From NCBI GenBank assembly GCA_964577555.1, contig CAZNZM010000003.1, forward strand, positions 74,047 to 106,046: DNA of 32,000 nucleotides. The letters run 5' to 3'. Shown here piece by piece: positions 13,862-22,200 of the stretch; position 1 is the stretch's first letter; each line of letters begins with the position of its first letter. The position numbers and the translations under genes were made by a program. The DNA is from an uncultured archaeon (GTDB lineage: Archaea > Iainarchaeota > Iainarchaeia > Iainarchaeales > Iainarchaeaceae). A model generated the notes under the pieces. It had not been told where the DNA came from, ran no database searches, and saw nothing but the letters and a program-made list of their open reading frames with translations.

Positions 13862-14077
13862 TTGGTTATTATGGTTGATAAAAAATCTCCTCAATTGTCT
13901 CCATTAAGTAGAATTACGTTGGGTCTTAATAGAGAAGGTCAGGGGTTGTTTGGCCCATTTTTAGGAAGGTTTACTAATAAAAAATATTCCGGTTCAGAGC
14001 CAAAAAATAGATTGCCTGGTGTTACACCTAAAAAGAGGGGGCGTCTTGGAAAATTTTTTTCAAGGCTTGCTAAATAA
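13862..14077 (+). CDS. Small basic hypothetical protein (68-71 aa)
   Basis: ORF from TTG 13862 or ATG 13871: MVDKKSPQLSPLSRITLGLNREGQGLFGPFLGRFTNKKYSGSEPKNRLPGVTPKKRGRLGKFFSRLAK. It is richer in G+C than the flanks and is followed by T-rich sequence. I recognise no family. Confidence 0.3.
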   Translation: MVIMVDKKSPQLSPLSRITLGLNREGQGLFGPFLGRFTNKKYSGSEPKNRLPGVTPKKRGRLGKFFSRLAK

Positions 14078-14256
14078 TTAATTTATTTGAAACTTTTGTT
14101 TTTGTTGTTAAATGTAAAATTTTTTTATTCTGATACGCTATTTTTTGTTTTGTGTTTTTTTATTAGAGTAGCTTTAAGAGTTTTTAGTATTTGTCAAAGT
14201 AAAATCAAAATTGGCTTGTTTTTTTTGTAGGACAAATTGTTTGTTGAATGTTAATT

Positions 14257-15033
14257 TTAAAGGCACCCTGCTTTTGCAAAGTCTGTCGCTTTGAGGTCGT
14301 ATAAATATTCAATGTATTGGGTTTTATCTAGCCATATAGTTAGTTTCAATTTGCCAGGCGAATTTCCGATGAACAAGTATGGTGCCTGTTCTCTTGCCAT
14401 GTCTTTTTGGTAAATTTCAATTGGTTTTCCTGCTTTGACTGTGAATTTGTATGAATTTTTTGTTTGAACGCTGTCAGTGATTTCGCCTATTTCTGATTTC
14501 AAAGTGAGTGTTTTGGTATAGGAAAAATCTGTTGTGCCTGTGTTTTTCATGTTTATTATTTTAATTGCCAATCCTTGTTTTCCGTTAAAATTTGGTGCGC
14601 AGAAGAATACTAATGATTCTATTTTTATGTTTTCAAGTTTGGTTGCTGTTGGTTCTGGTTTTGGTTCGCAATTGCAATTTTTGCATATTTGGTTTGTTGA
14701 GCAATCGGAATCGGTTTCACATTGTTCTGAGTCGTCTTTTTTTCCGTCGCCGCATATTGGAGCGGTGGCTTTGTTTTTGTTTTCGGTTTGTGTTTGTTCT
14801 TCTTGTTTTTTTTCTTTTGGTTCGTTGTTTGATTTTATGTTTTCTTCTTGGTTTATTTTGTCTATTATAGGGGTTTCGTCAGTTATTGGTTTTATTTCAG
14901 TGGTTTGGTTTTTGTTTTCTGAATCCATGAAAAAAACAACAAAACCGGTAATTGCTATGACTCCTACAAGTGCAATGAATAAGAATACAAATGCGACAAT
15001 TAAGCCAATCGCGATTAATTTGTCTTTGTTCAT
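14257..15033 (-). CDS. N-terminally anchored extracellular protein with acidic/Lys-rich linker, Cys-rich CGDG module and C-terminal beta domain
   Basis: 258 aa. TM segment LIAIGLIVAFVFLFIALVGVIAITGFVVFF. Low-complexity linker. Cys-rich module CGDGKKDDSEQCETDSDCSTNQICKNCNC. Confidence 0.75.
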   Translation of the reverse strand: MNKDKLIAIGLIVAFVFLFIALVGVIAITGFVVFFMDSENKNQTTEIKPITDETPIIDKINQEENIKSNNEPKEKKQEEQTQTENKNKATAPICGDGKKDDSEQCETDSDCSTNQICKNCNCEPKPEPTATKLENIKIESLVFFCAPNFNGKQGLAIKIINMKNTGTTDFSYTKTLTLKSEIGEITDSVQTKNSYKFTVKAGKPIEIYQKDMAREQAPYLFIGNSPGKLKLTIWLDKTQYIEYLYDLKATDFAKAGCL

Positions 15034-15110
15034 AATTAGAATATTGTAATATGTGATAGTATTTAATAGTTTTTATAATCCGGTTTTTTTACTATTTAAT
15101 GCGTGTTGGC

Positions 15111-15207
15111 GCCCTTGTAGTATAGGCTGGATAGAATGCAAGGTTCCGGTCCGTTTTGGTTTTCGGGGGATTACCTTGAGACCCGGGTTCAAATCCCGGC
15201 AAGGGCT
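15111..15207 (+). tRNA. tRNA-Arg (anticodon CCG) with a 23-nt canonical intron (15150-15172)
   Basis: Acceptor GCCCTTG / CAAGGGC. T arm CCGGG-TTCAAAT-CCCGG. Anticodon stem CAAGG / CCTTG, with spliced loop TTCCGGA. The D stem is weak (G.U, U-A, A/A, U.G). The intron forms a bulge-helix-bulge motif. CCA is not encoded. Confidence 0.78.
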
Positions 15208-15219
15208 TTATTATTGTCA

Positions 15220-16011
15220 TTAAAAATAAAATGATTCTATTTTTCCGGTTTCTGGAGAGTATGCTAAGAATCTGAAATTGTTGAATAAATTGTTTTCTTT
15301 TTTTGGCATTCCTGTGAATTCCAAATCGTAGGAAATTAACATTATTTTGGCTTTGTCATAATCTCCGCCGAATTGTTTTAAATATTCGCCTGCAGTAATT
15401 TTTCCTAATAATTCCATTGCATTCATTTCTCTTTTTCTAATTATTTTATATCCGACTCTTTGAAATAGATTAAGAAATCTTTCCAGAAAAACATCAGGAG
15501 CATATGCTTTTCCGTTATTGACAGCTATTGCGTGTTGAGTTGCTATTCGCAATAATGGAATGGCTAAACCGCGTTTTTCAAAAAGATTTAGTATAAGGTG
15601 AGCCATGTCATTAGGATCGCAATTGACAAAATTTGTTGTACTTTTTTCTTTTCCTGATTTGCCAAGTTTGAAAATTATTAATCTGTTTTTCATTGGGTCA
15701 AATCTAACAGTATATATTTCTCCATCTAAAATTACTGGCATTACTAATTTTTCTCCGCTTGGCAAAAAGTTTTCAAAAAAAATTGGTTTTTCGCCGAAAT
15801 AAAACACCATTTTGCCTTTATTGAATGCCGCTTCCCTTTCTTTTATTGGCGCGATTTCCAAGAGTTGGGCTGGTGTGACAAATTGTAGGTATTTTCTTTT
15901 CAACCAAAGGCTTTTCAATATTCTGCGATTTTTTTGTCTTTCCTTAACATTACCCCCTTTTCCAAGGATTTGCCTTATTGTTTCGTCTGGCAAAAATCTT
16001 TTTTTTGGCAT
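15220..16011 (-). CDS. Hypothetical cytoplasmic protein (263 aa), no recognisable family
   Basis: Long ORF with non-repetitive composition and a basic N-terminus (MPKKRFLPDETIRQILGKGGNVKERQKNRR). An AT-rich TATA-like sequence lies about 25 nt upstream, so the mRNA may be leaderless. Confidence 0.7.
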   Translation of the reverse strand: MPKKRFLPDETIRQILGKGGNVKERQKNRRILKSLWLKRKYLQFVTPAQLLEIAPIKEREAAFNKGKMVFYFGEKPIFFENFLPSGEKLVMPVILDGEIYTVRFDPMKNRLIIFKLGKSGKEKSTTNFVNCDPNDMAHLILNLFEKRGLAIPLLRIATQHAIAVNNGKAYAPDVFLERFLNLFQRVGYKIIRKREMNAMELLGKITAGEYLKQFGGDYDKAKIMLISYDLEFTGMPKKENNLFNNFRFLAYSPETGKIESFYF

Positions 16012-16109
16012 AAATAAACTACTTTCTATATTAAAAAATAATTATGGCTTTTTTTGGCTAAATTCTATTTTTTTATTAGAGCTTTTTGGCTGGTTTAATA
16101 TTTTGTGTT

Positions 16110-17186
16110 TTATTTTTCTTTGAATTTGCCGTTTATTATTTCTTCTCTTATTTTTTTCAATTCTGCATTAACAAAGAATAGGTTGTGGTAACTCAGATAT
16201 TTTCCAGCGTTTTCTTCTTTTGTTTTAAAAAGGTGGTGTAAATATGCTTTAGAATAATTTTTGCAAACCATGCATTCGCATTTTTTGTCTATCGGGTTTT
16301 TGTCGTTTTTGAAAACTGCCGAACCAATGTTTATGTTCCCTTTATGCGTGAAAGCTCTTCCATGTCTTGCTGTTCTTGTCGCAAAGCAAGAGTCGAAACA
16401 ATCCACGCCTAGCGAAACTGCTTTTCTTATGTCTTCTATTGAACCTACTCCCATCAGGTATATTGGTTTGTCTTTTGGAAGCATTGGCAGTGCATTGTTT
16501 ATTGCTTTGTACATGTTTTCTTTTGTTTCTCCTATTGCCAAACCGCCTATGGCGAAACCGTCAAAGCCGAGAGATGATATTTGTTTTGCGCTTTTTTCTC
16601 TTAATGGCTTGTGTGTTCCTCCTTGGCATATTCCGAAAAGCAGTTGGTTTTTTTTGTTGTGGGCTTCAATGCATCTTTTAGCCCAGCTTGTTGTTCTTTG
16701 TACTGCTTCTTCAATTCTCTTTAGTGGTTCTCCTGCTTTTGGAACATCGTCAAGGCACATTGCAACGTCTGAACCTATTTTTTCTTGTATTTTGATTGAG
16801 TATTCTGGCGTGAAAAGGTTTTTTTTTCCTGTAAATGGGTTTCTGAAAGTTACTCCTTCGTCGGAAAGCATTAGTCTGAATTCGTCGCTCAATACTTGGA
16901 ATCCTCCTGAGTCTGTAAATATTGGTTTTTCCCATGAAATGAATTTGTGAAGTCCGCCAAAATCGTTTATAATTTCAACTCCTGGTTTTAATGAGAGTAT
17001 GAATGCGTTGGATATTATGCATTTTGTGCCAATTGCTTTTAGTTCGTCCATTGAAACGTGTTTTACTGATCCTTTGGTTGCTACAGGCATGAAAAATGGT
17101 GTTTCAATGGTGCCGTGTTGTGTTTTTAGCAATCCGGCTCTGCCACTATTTTTGTCTGTTTCTGCTTCTATTTTGAAAGTTTGCAT
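16110..17186 (-). CDS. tgt: tRNA-guanine transglycosylase, catalytic (TIM-barrel) domain only, bacterial/eukaryotic Tgt-like sequence type
   Basis: 358 aa with motifs FMPVATKGSVK, TDSGGFQV, GFAIGGLAIGE and GVDCFDSCFATRTARHGRAFT, plus the zinc site CECMVCKNYSKAYLHHLFK. There is no C-terminal PUA-type extension. Confidence 0.9.
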   Translation of the reverse strand: MQTFKIEAETDKNSGRAGLLKTQHGTIETPFFMPVATKGSVKHVSMDELKAIGTKCIISNAFILSLKPGVEIINDFGGLHKFISWEKPIFTDSGGFQVLSDEFRLMLSDEGVTFRNPFTGKKNLFTPEYSIKIQEKIGSDVAMCLDDVPKAGEPLKRIEEAVQRTTSWAKRCIEAHNKKNQLLFGICQGGTHKPLREKSAKQISSLGFDGFAIGGLAIGETKENMYKAINNALPMLPKDKPIYLMGVGSIEDIRKAVSLGVDCFDSCFATRTARHGRAFTHKGNINIGSAVFKNDKNPIDKKCECMVCKNYSKAYLHHLFKTKEENAGKYLSYHNLFFVNAELKKIREEIINGKFKEK

Positions 17187-17221
17187 TTGTATTAAGCTGG
17201 TATTAATATAATTTAAAAATT

Positions 17222-17971
17222 TACTAGTCGTCTTTTGCCTAACGTGTTTGTTTTTCTTATAAAAAAATTTTCAAATACATTTGCAATTTTTTTGTGTAGG
17301 CTTTGCAAGTCGTTTTTTTAATTTTTGTCATTTTTTTTGATATTTTTATTTTAAAAGTTCAAATCTTTTTGTTTTGGCGAGCCGAGTTTTTTTGTCTTTT
17401 TTGGCAGGTGTTTTTTTGTCAATTTTTTTTGTAATTTTACTTTTTTTCTTAATTTATTTTTTTTAAATTTATTTTGTTTTTGTCTTTGTTTTGGCTGGTT
17501 GTTTTTTTTTGTTTCTTTTTTTTGAGTTGTTTTTTTAGATGTTTGTTTTTGTAAGCTGTTTTTTTGTTTTTTTGTGAGCCAATTTTTTTTGTCATTATTT
17601 TTTTTTGAATTCTTTTTTTTGTCAATTATTTTTTGTCAAGTTGTTTTTTTTATTTTTTTTTAATTTTTTTGCTTGTTTTCAAGTCGATTTATTTTTTAGA
17701 TGTTTTTTTTGTCTTTGGCTTTGGTTTTGTCACGCCAGCTTTTTTGTTTTGTTTTTTTTTTTTGTATTTGGGATTTGGTTTGTACCCCCATCATTTTTTT
17801 TTTTTTTTTTTTGTTGTTTTTTTTGTGAACCGTTTTTTCTAATTTTTTTTGCTTTATTTTTTTTGTTATTTTCAGTGTTGTGTTTGTTTTTTATTTGCAA
17901 TTTGTTTTTTTTGCTAACTGTTTTTTTTGACAATTTTTATTTTTTTTATGAGTTAATTTTTTTTGTTTGTT
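17222..17971 (+). repeat. Oligo(T)-tract array C, the largest (750-bp non-coding spacer)
   Basis: By manual count, roughly three dozen + strand runs of T6 or longer, including T19 (17794-17812) and T12 (17752-17763). Words: GCGAGCC (17377-83), GTGAGCCA (17574-81), GTGAACCG (17825-32). T-run+GTCA(T/A) occurs at about 17323, 17411, 17583, 17613 and 17629. T8-GTCTTTGGCTTTGG at 17703. T-run+AGATG at about 17530 and 17692. Confidence 0.65.
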
Positions 17972-18976
17972 TTATTTGTAAAGCATGCCGTAGTACATGT
18001 TTTCTAATATTGCCCAATATTCTATTCTTTTTCCTGTTGAAGGATCTATTGGCATTTTTTCACTGACAAAATATTCTGGCGGAAAGGAGTAATATGCTAC
18101 TCTTTCTCCTAGTCCTGTGGCAACTATTGCTGGGAATTCTCTTCCAAGTTGGTATTTTTTTTGTTCAAGCCAAAAGTATTCTTTTGGTGGTTCGGTTACG
18201 ATGTTTGAACCGTAATCCAAAACTGCAAGGGTTTTTTGGTACGCGTCGGTGTTTATTTTTACAATGGAAAAATCGCCGTAAAGTTTTAGGTTTTGGGATA
18301 TTCCAAGGGTAAGCCGGTCGTTTTGGTTTAAGACATTCAAAAACCCTGTGTAATCATCGTTGCATTCTTTTATTTCACAGTAATTTCCAATGTATTCAAC
18401 GCCAAGAACGTAATCAAAAGAAACTTGTTTGTTGCCGCTTTTTCTTGCCCAAGGGCTTATGAATGATTCTGAACCTCCTTTTTTTCTTTCTGAATATTTT
18501 AAAAAGTAATTTTTGTCGGATTCGAATTCAGGAGCCGTTGTTCCTGCGTTTCCTATCCAAACAAGTTTTCCTCCATGATTGACGTATTCTTCAAACATTT
18601 TCAATTCGCTTATGCTCATTTCTCTTGCTTTTTCGACAATAACTAATTGGTGTTGTTGGAGCATAGGCAAGGTTACCAATTCTATGTCTTTTAAAGTTAT
18701 GTCTGCCCTGAATTTTGGCGATCTCAATGTTTCGTAAAGAAAATCAGGGTCTCCTATTCCTTCTTCTCCGCTAACTATAAGTATTTTCGGTTTTCCGTTG
18801 GAAATTATTCCGTAATATAAGTCGCATAAGGTAGGGTTGTATGCTCCGCACGAAATAATGTTGAAATGTATGAAGATAAAAAACAGTGTGAATAGTAGTA
18901 TTAAAAGTATTAAAATGTTGATTGCTATGTTGTTTTTTTTTGGTTGGGTTTTTAATTGTTCATTTGGATAAGTCAT
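17972..18976 (-). CDS. N-terminally anchored extracellular protein; possible class-I glutamine-amidotransferase-like (ThuA/DUF4159-like) fold
   Basis: 334 aa. TM segment IAINILILLILLFTLFFIFIHF. The pattern KPKILIVSGEEGIGDPDF ... QHQLVIVEKAREMSISELKMFEEYVNHGGKLVWIGNAG resembles flavodoxin-like GATase1/ThuA modules. The fold assignment is tentative. Confidence 0.7.
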   Translation of the reverse strand: MTYPNEQLKTQPKKNNIAINILILLILLFTLFFIFIHFNIISCGAYNPTLCDLYYGIISNGKPKILIVSGEEGIGDPDFLYETLRSPKFRADITLKDIELVTLPMLQQHQLVIVEKAREMSISELKMFEEYVNHGGKLVWIGNAGTTAPEFESDKNYFLKYSERKKGGSESFISPWARKSGNKQVSFDYVLGVEYIGNYCEIKECNDDYTGFLNVLNQNDRLTLGISQNLKLYGDFSIVKINTDAYQKTLAVLDYGSNIVTEPPKEYFWLEQKKYQLGREFPAIVATGLGERVAYYSFPPEYFVSEKMPIDPSTGKRIEYWAILENMYYGMLYK

Positions 18977-18989
18977 ATTATAGGAACTA

Positions 18990-19203
18990 CTGATGCTTAA
19001 TTAATTTTTTCGTATTTTGGCGTTTTGCATGGATTTTTTGTTTTTGGTTTTTATAAAGTGTTTTGTTGCTTGAGCTAATACAAACCATTTTTTTTATTTT
19101 TTTTTATGTTTTTTTTTTAATTTTGTGTTTTGGTTGTTATGGTTGGTTAAGCTAGTTTTTTTTGTTGTTTTAAATCAAGGTTTGTTGGTCTTTTTATTTT
19201 TTT
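18990..19203 (+). repeat. Oligo(T)-tract array B (short spacer between the 1122-aa gene stop and the 334-aa gene promoter)
   Basis: T6-T10 runs closed by G or A, for example CATTTTTTTTATTTTTTTTTATGTTTTTTTTTTAA at about 19087-19120. It lacks an exact GCGAGCC word. Confidence 0.45.
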
Positions 19204-22200
19204 TTAATTTGAAAAGCATGTGTTGGCGTTGAATCCTTCGTTGGATAGGTTGTTTAGTTTGTCTCTGAAATTAGAGATTATTTCTTGTTCGTTCCAGTAT
19301 ATTCCTACGTTTAGAGGTGCTTTTGAGTATCCTTGTTCGATTGTTCCGTATGCTATGCATGTTTGTTCGTTTTCTATTTTGTTTAATGTATCGCTTATTG
19401 TCCATAATGCTTGGCTTGGGTTGTCGAGTGTGATTTCAGTATCTGTTCCTTTTATGTATCTTGCACCGCTGATATTTCCATTGTCATTTAATGTTGGAAC
19501 GTATATTACTCCTTGGTTTTGGCAGGCGTTTTTTATTCTTATTTGGTCGCCTTTACTTGGGGCATAAAGTATTGTTTCAAGAGCAATGTCGTTTTTGGAA
19601 GTGCTTTCCCTTCCAAATACATATATTACGCGTGTGTTTTCCAATTCTTTGGCTATGTCGCATTTTGGGCCAGTGTATGAGCTTAGTTGTGAGTCTGTTC
19701 CTATTAGTTCTGGCAATGGTTTTCGAGTGTCAAGATCGTTGCATATCGGGGTTTCATCTTTTAGATATGCTATTTCCACTAGCCTTGCAAGACTTGGGCC
19801 TGCATCTATGCTTCCTTTGCTATCTTTTATAATGTATCCCATGGCGTTTTTTTTGCCATCGTTTTCTGCTTTGAAAATTATTGGTATTGGCAGCGAGGCA
19901 GCGAATGTCATGGAGTATTCTGGGGTTTGGTTGTTTGTTTCTTTTTTTGAGATTGAAAGTATTTTTCCTGGTTCGTTTTTGCTTAAACTTATAAAGTCGT
20001 TTTTGCGTTCTACTTCAATTATTGCAATTGGTTTGGAGTCGTTTGTTGTTGGAATTGTATAAACGTCAAAGTCGTGCCTTTCGTTCAATATAAAAAATGG
20101 GACTTGGCTGTTTTGGTTTTTTAGTTTGAAGCCAACTCCGTAGCCGTCTCTATGCAATACGTCTCCGGTTTTTCCAACGTAGGCGTCGATTGGCAGATAG
20201 TATAGCAGGTTTGCTGGGAATTCTTCGTCAGTTATTTTTGTGAATTTGACTAATATTTTTGCTTTTGGGTTTCCTTCATTATCAAATAATTTTTGGAATT
20301 TTGAATCGTCCAATTCAAACGAAATTGTAATCAAGTATTTTCCTGGTTGGAGTATTGGTTCTGGCGTTGAGAATACAAGCCTTGTTTGGTCTTTGAAATA
20401 TTTGTCCCAGGACATTTGTTTGGCGTTTCCTGTAGTATAGTATTTGATTATTTGTGCTTGGTTGTCAAAAAATCGTTCACGCATAAAGGCGTCAAAGTCG
20501 TTTCTGAAGTCTTGAGAAAAGCCGTCTCGCATCATATAAACTGGGAAAGATAGTTTAGAATTGGCTTGTGCAATGTTTCCTTCAGATATTAAATCGTTTA
20601 TTGTGTTGAGTTTTTTTATTAGCATTATTGAAAATTGTGTTGAATCGCATACGTTATAATTGCCTAAATTGTCTGGAGAACAAAAGTTTTCTGAAATGTT
20701 GTTGGGTCTCCATTCGTATTTTATTTTTGGTTTTACGTCTTTGCCTGTAAATGCAGTATTTCTGCCTGTTGAAATAATAGAGCCATCAAGTTCTCGGCAT
20801 ATGCCTGCTGAAACGGCTTTGATTTCAATCATGTATTTTTCCTTGTCAATCCAAGCCAAATTTGTATTTGTTATTATTGGCTCGTCAGTTATTACTTTTC
20901 TTGAAGATGTTCTTCCGTAAACTCTTGCACTGTTTGGGTTTTCTTGTATTATAAAAATTTCGGTGTCGTTGCTTGCTATTCTTTGTCCTAAAGTGTTAGT
21001 AGTGAATTTTTCTCTTGTTAATGTATTTGTGAAGCTGACTTTTCCGATTGTGAAAGAAACCATGCCGTGGTTGCCAATTGGAAGTTCAGGTGAGAACAAG
21101 CCAAGGTCTTTTGTACCTTCAAAAATATTGATTGTTGCTTTTTGTAATGGTGTTTCGGCTTTTGTATAGCTTTGAGGTCCAAAAGAGATGTCAATAATTC
21201 TGTCTTGAACTGTTTCTCCGTCAAAAGTTTTTCCTATGCGAAAGAAATCGCTTTTGTAATTGTTGCCTATACTTGGATCATTTACTCCTATTATGCCTTC
21301 CATTTTCCAAGTGTAATTTTTGAATGTTTTGCCTTCTGGGTCTATTTCCCCTGGAACAGTGAATTCTGCTAATAGTGATTCTTCTATGTCGCCTGTGTGT
21401 GAATTATTGTAATATTTGAGTGTTTCTGGTTTGTTGCATGCGTCGCCAGAATTTGGAACGGCTACGCTGTGAAAGCTTCTTGACACCACTAGTCTTCCTG
21501 TTTCGTCATAAATTTCAAAGAAATGAACTGGGACGCCGTATGATGTTGTTTCGGGGCTGTCGTTGCAGAATTGTGCGTAATATTTTTTTCCAGGTTCTAC
21601 TTGGAAACTTCCTGTTTTTAAAAATGGGGTGATTGCAATTGCGTTTACCGTGAATTCCACGTCCATATTGATTGGCTCTATTTTTTTTCTTGAATCGGCT
21701 GTTTTTACCCCGTATATGTCTGAATATGTTATTTTTAGGGATAGTTGTTCTTGTTGTGGTGAAACGTTTGGTCTTTGAGCTGTTGCTTTCATTTTCAAAA
21801 TATAACTTGCGTTTCTGCCTAATTCCAAACCTGGTTTGAAATCTGGAAAACTGCAATCTTTCAAATACCCTCGCGAACCTCCGGTGCTGCAAAAACCTTC
21901 TGCGGGTTCCACGCTGTCTATTTTTATATCTACGTTGCTTTCATTTTTTACTTCCCAGAAGAAATTCACTTCTTTTTCCGTTTCGTTTCCCCAAATGCTT
22001 TTAAGCAATCCTATTGTGTTGCTTTTTGCTGGTTTTATGCTTATTTGTCCTGGCACTACTATTATTTGTATATCCGCGTATTTTACCCAGTCATTAGGGT
22101 TTGTCGGATTTGCATTTATTTTTCTTGTGTATTCTATTCTGAAATCATATGTTCCGGCTTGGTTGAAAGGCAATGATTCCAAATAATCAGTTTTGATTCC

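Noticed and set aside
13644-15110. Integrated mobile element between the two tRNA genes
   Set aside because: There is no integrase, transposase or phage gene, and I found no direct repeat of either tRNA 3' end. It is retained only as a low-interest observation.
752-17186. Bacterial (for example candidate-phyla-radiation) origin of the fragment, suggested by bacterial-type MetK and Tgt
   Set aside because: Both tRNA genes carry short introns at 37/38 with canonical bulge-helix-bulge geometry, an archaeal/eukaryal splicing signature. TATA-like promoters and leaderless-looking starts also fit an archaeon.
17222-17971. CRISPR array or fixed-period tandem repeat as an explanation for the T-tract arrays
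   Set aside because: There is no repeat of constant length or sequence, no unique spacers of constant size and no cas genes. Unit spacing is irregular and the sequence between words is homopolymeric.
17222-17971. Replication origin (oriC) interpretation of the long AT-rich spacers
   Set aside because: There are four such regions within 28 kb, no adjacent orc1/cdc6, no ORB-like inverted repeats that I can see, and strict single-strand T polarity instead of a duplex-unwinding element flanked by boxes. This cannot be fully excluded without genome-wide skew data.
17605-18066. Phe-rich ORFs in the T-tract arrays (17605..18066 and 17633..17842, and likewise 347..541)
   Set aside because: T-rich DNA cannot encode stop codons, so long open frames are expected by composition alone. 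The products are near-homopolymeric F/L strings, and 17605..18066 also overlaps the real 334-aa gene.
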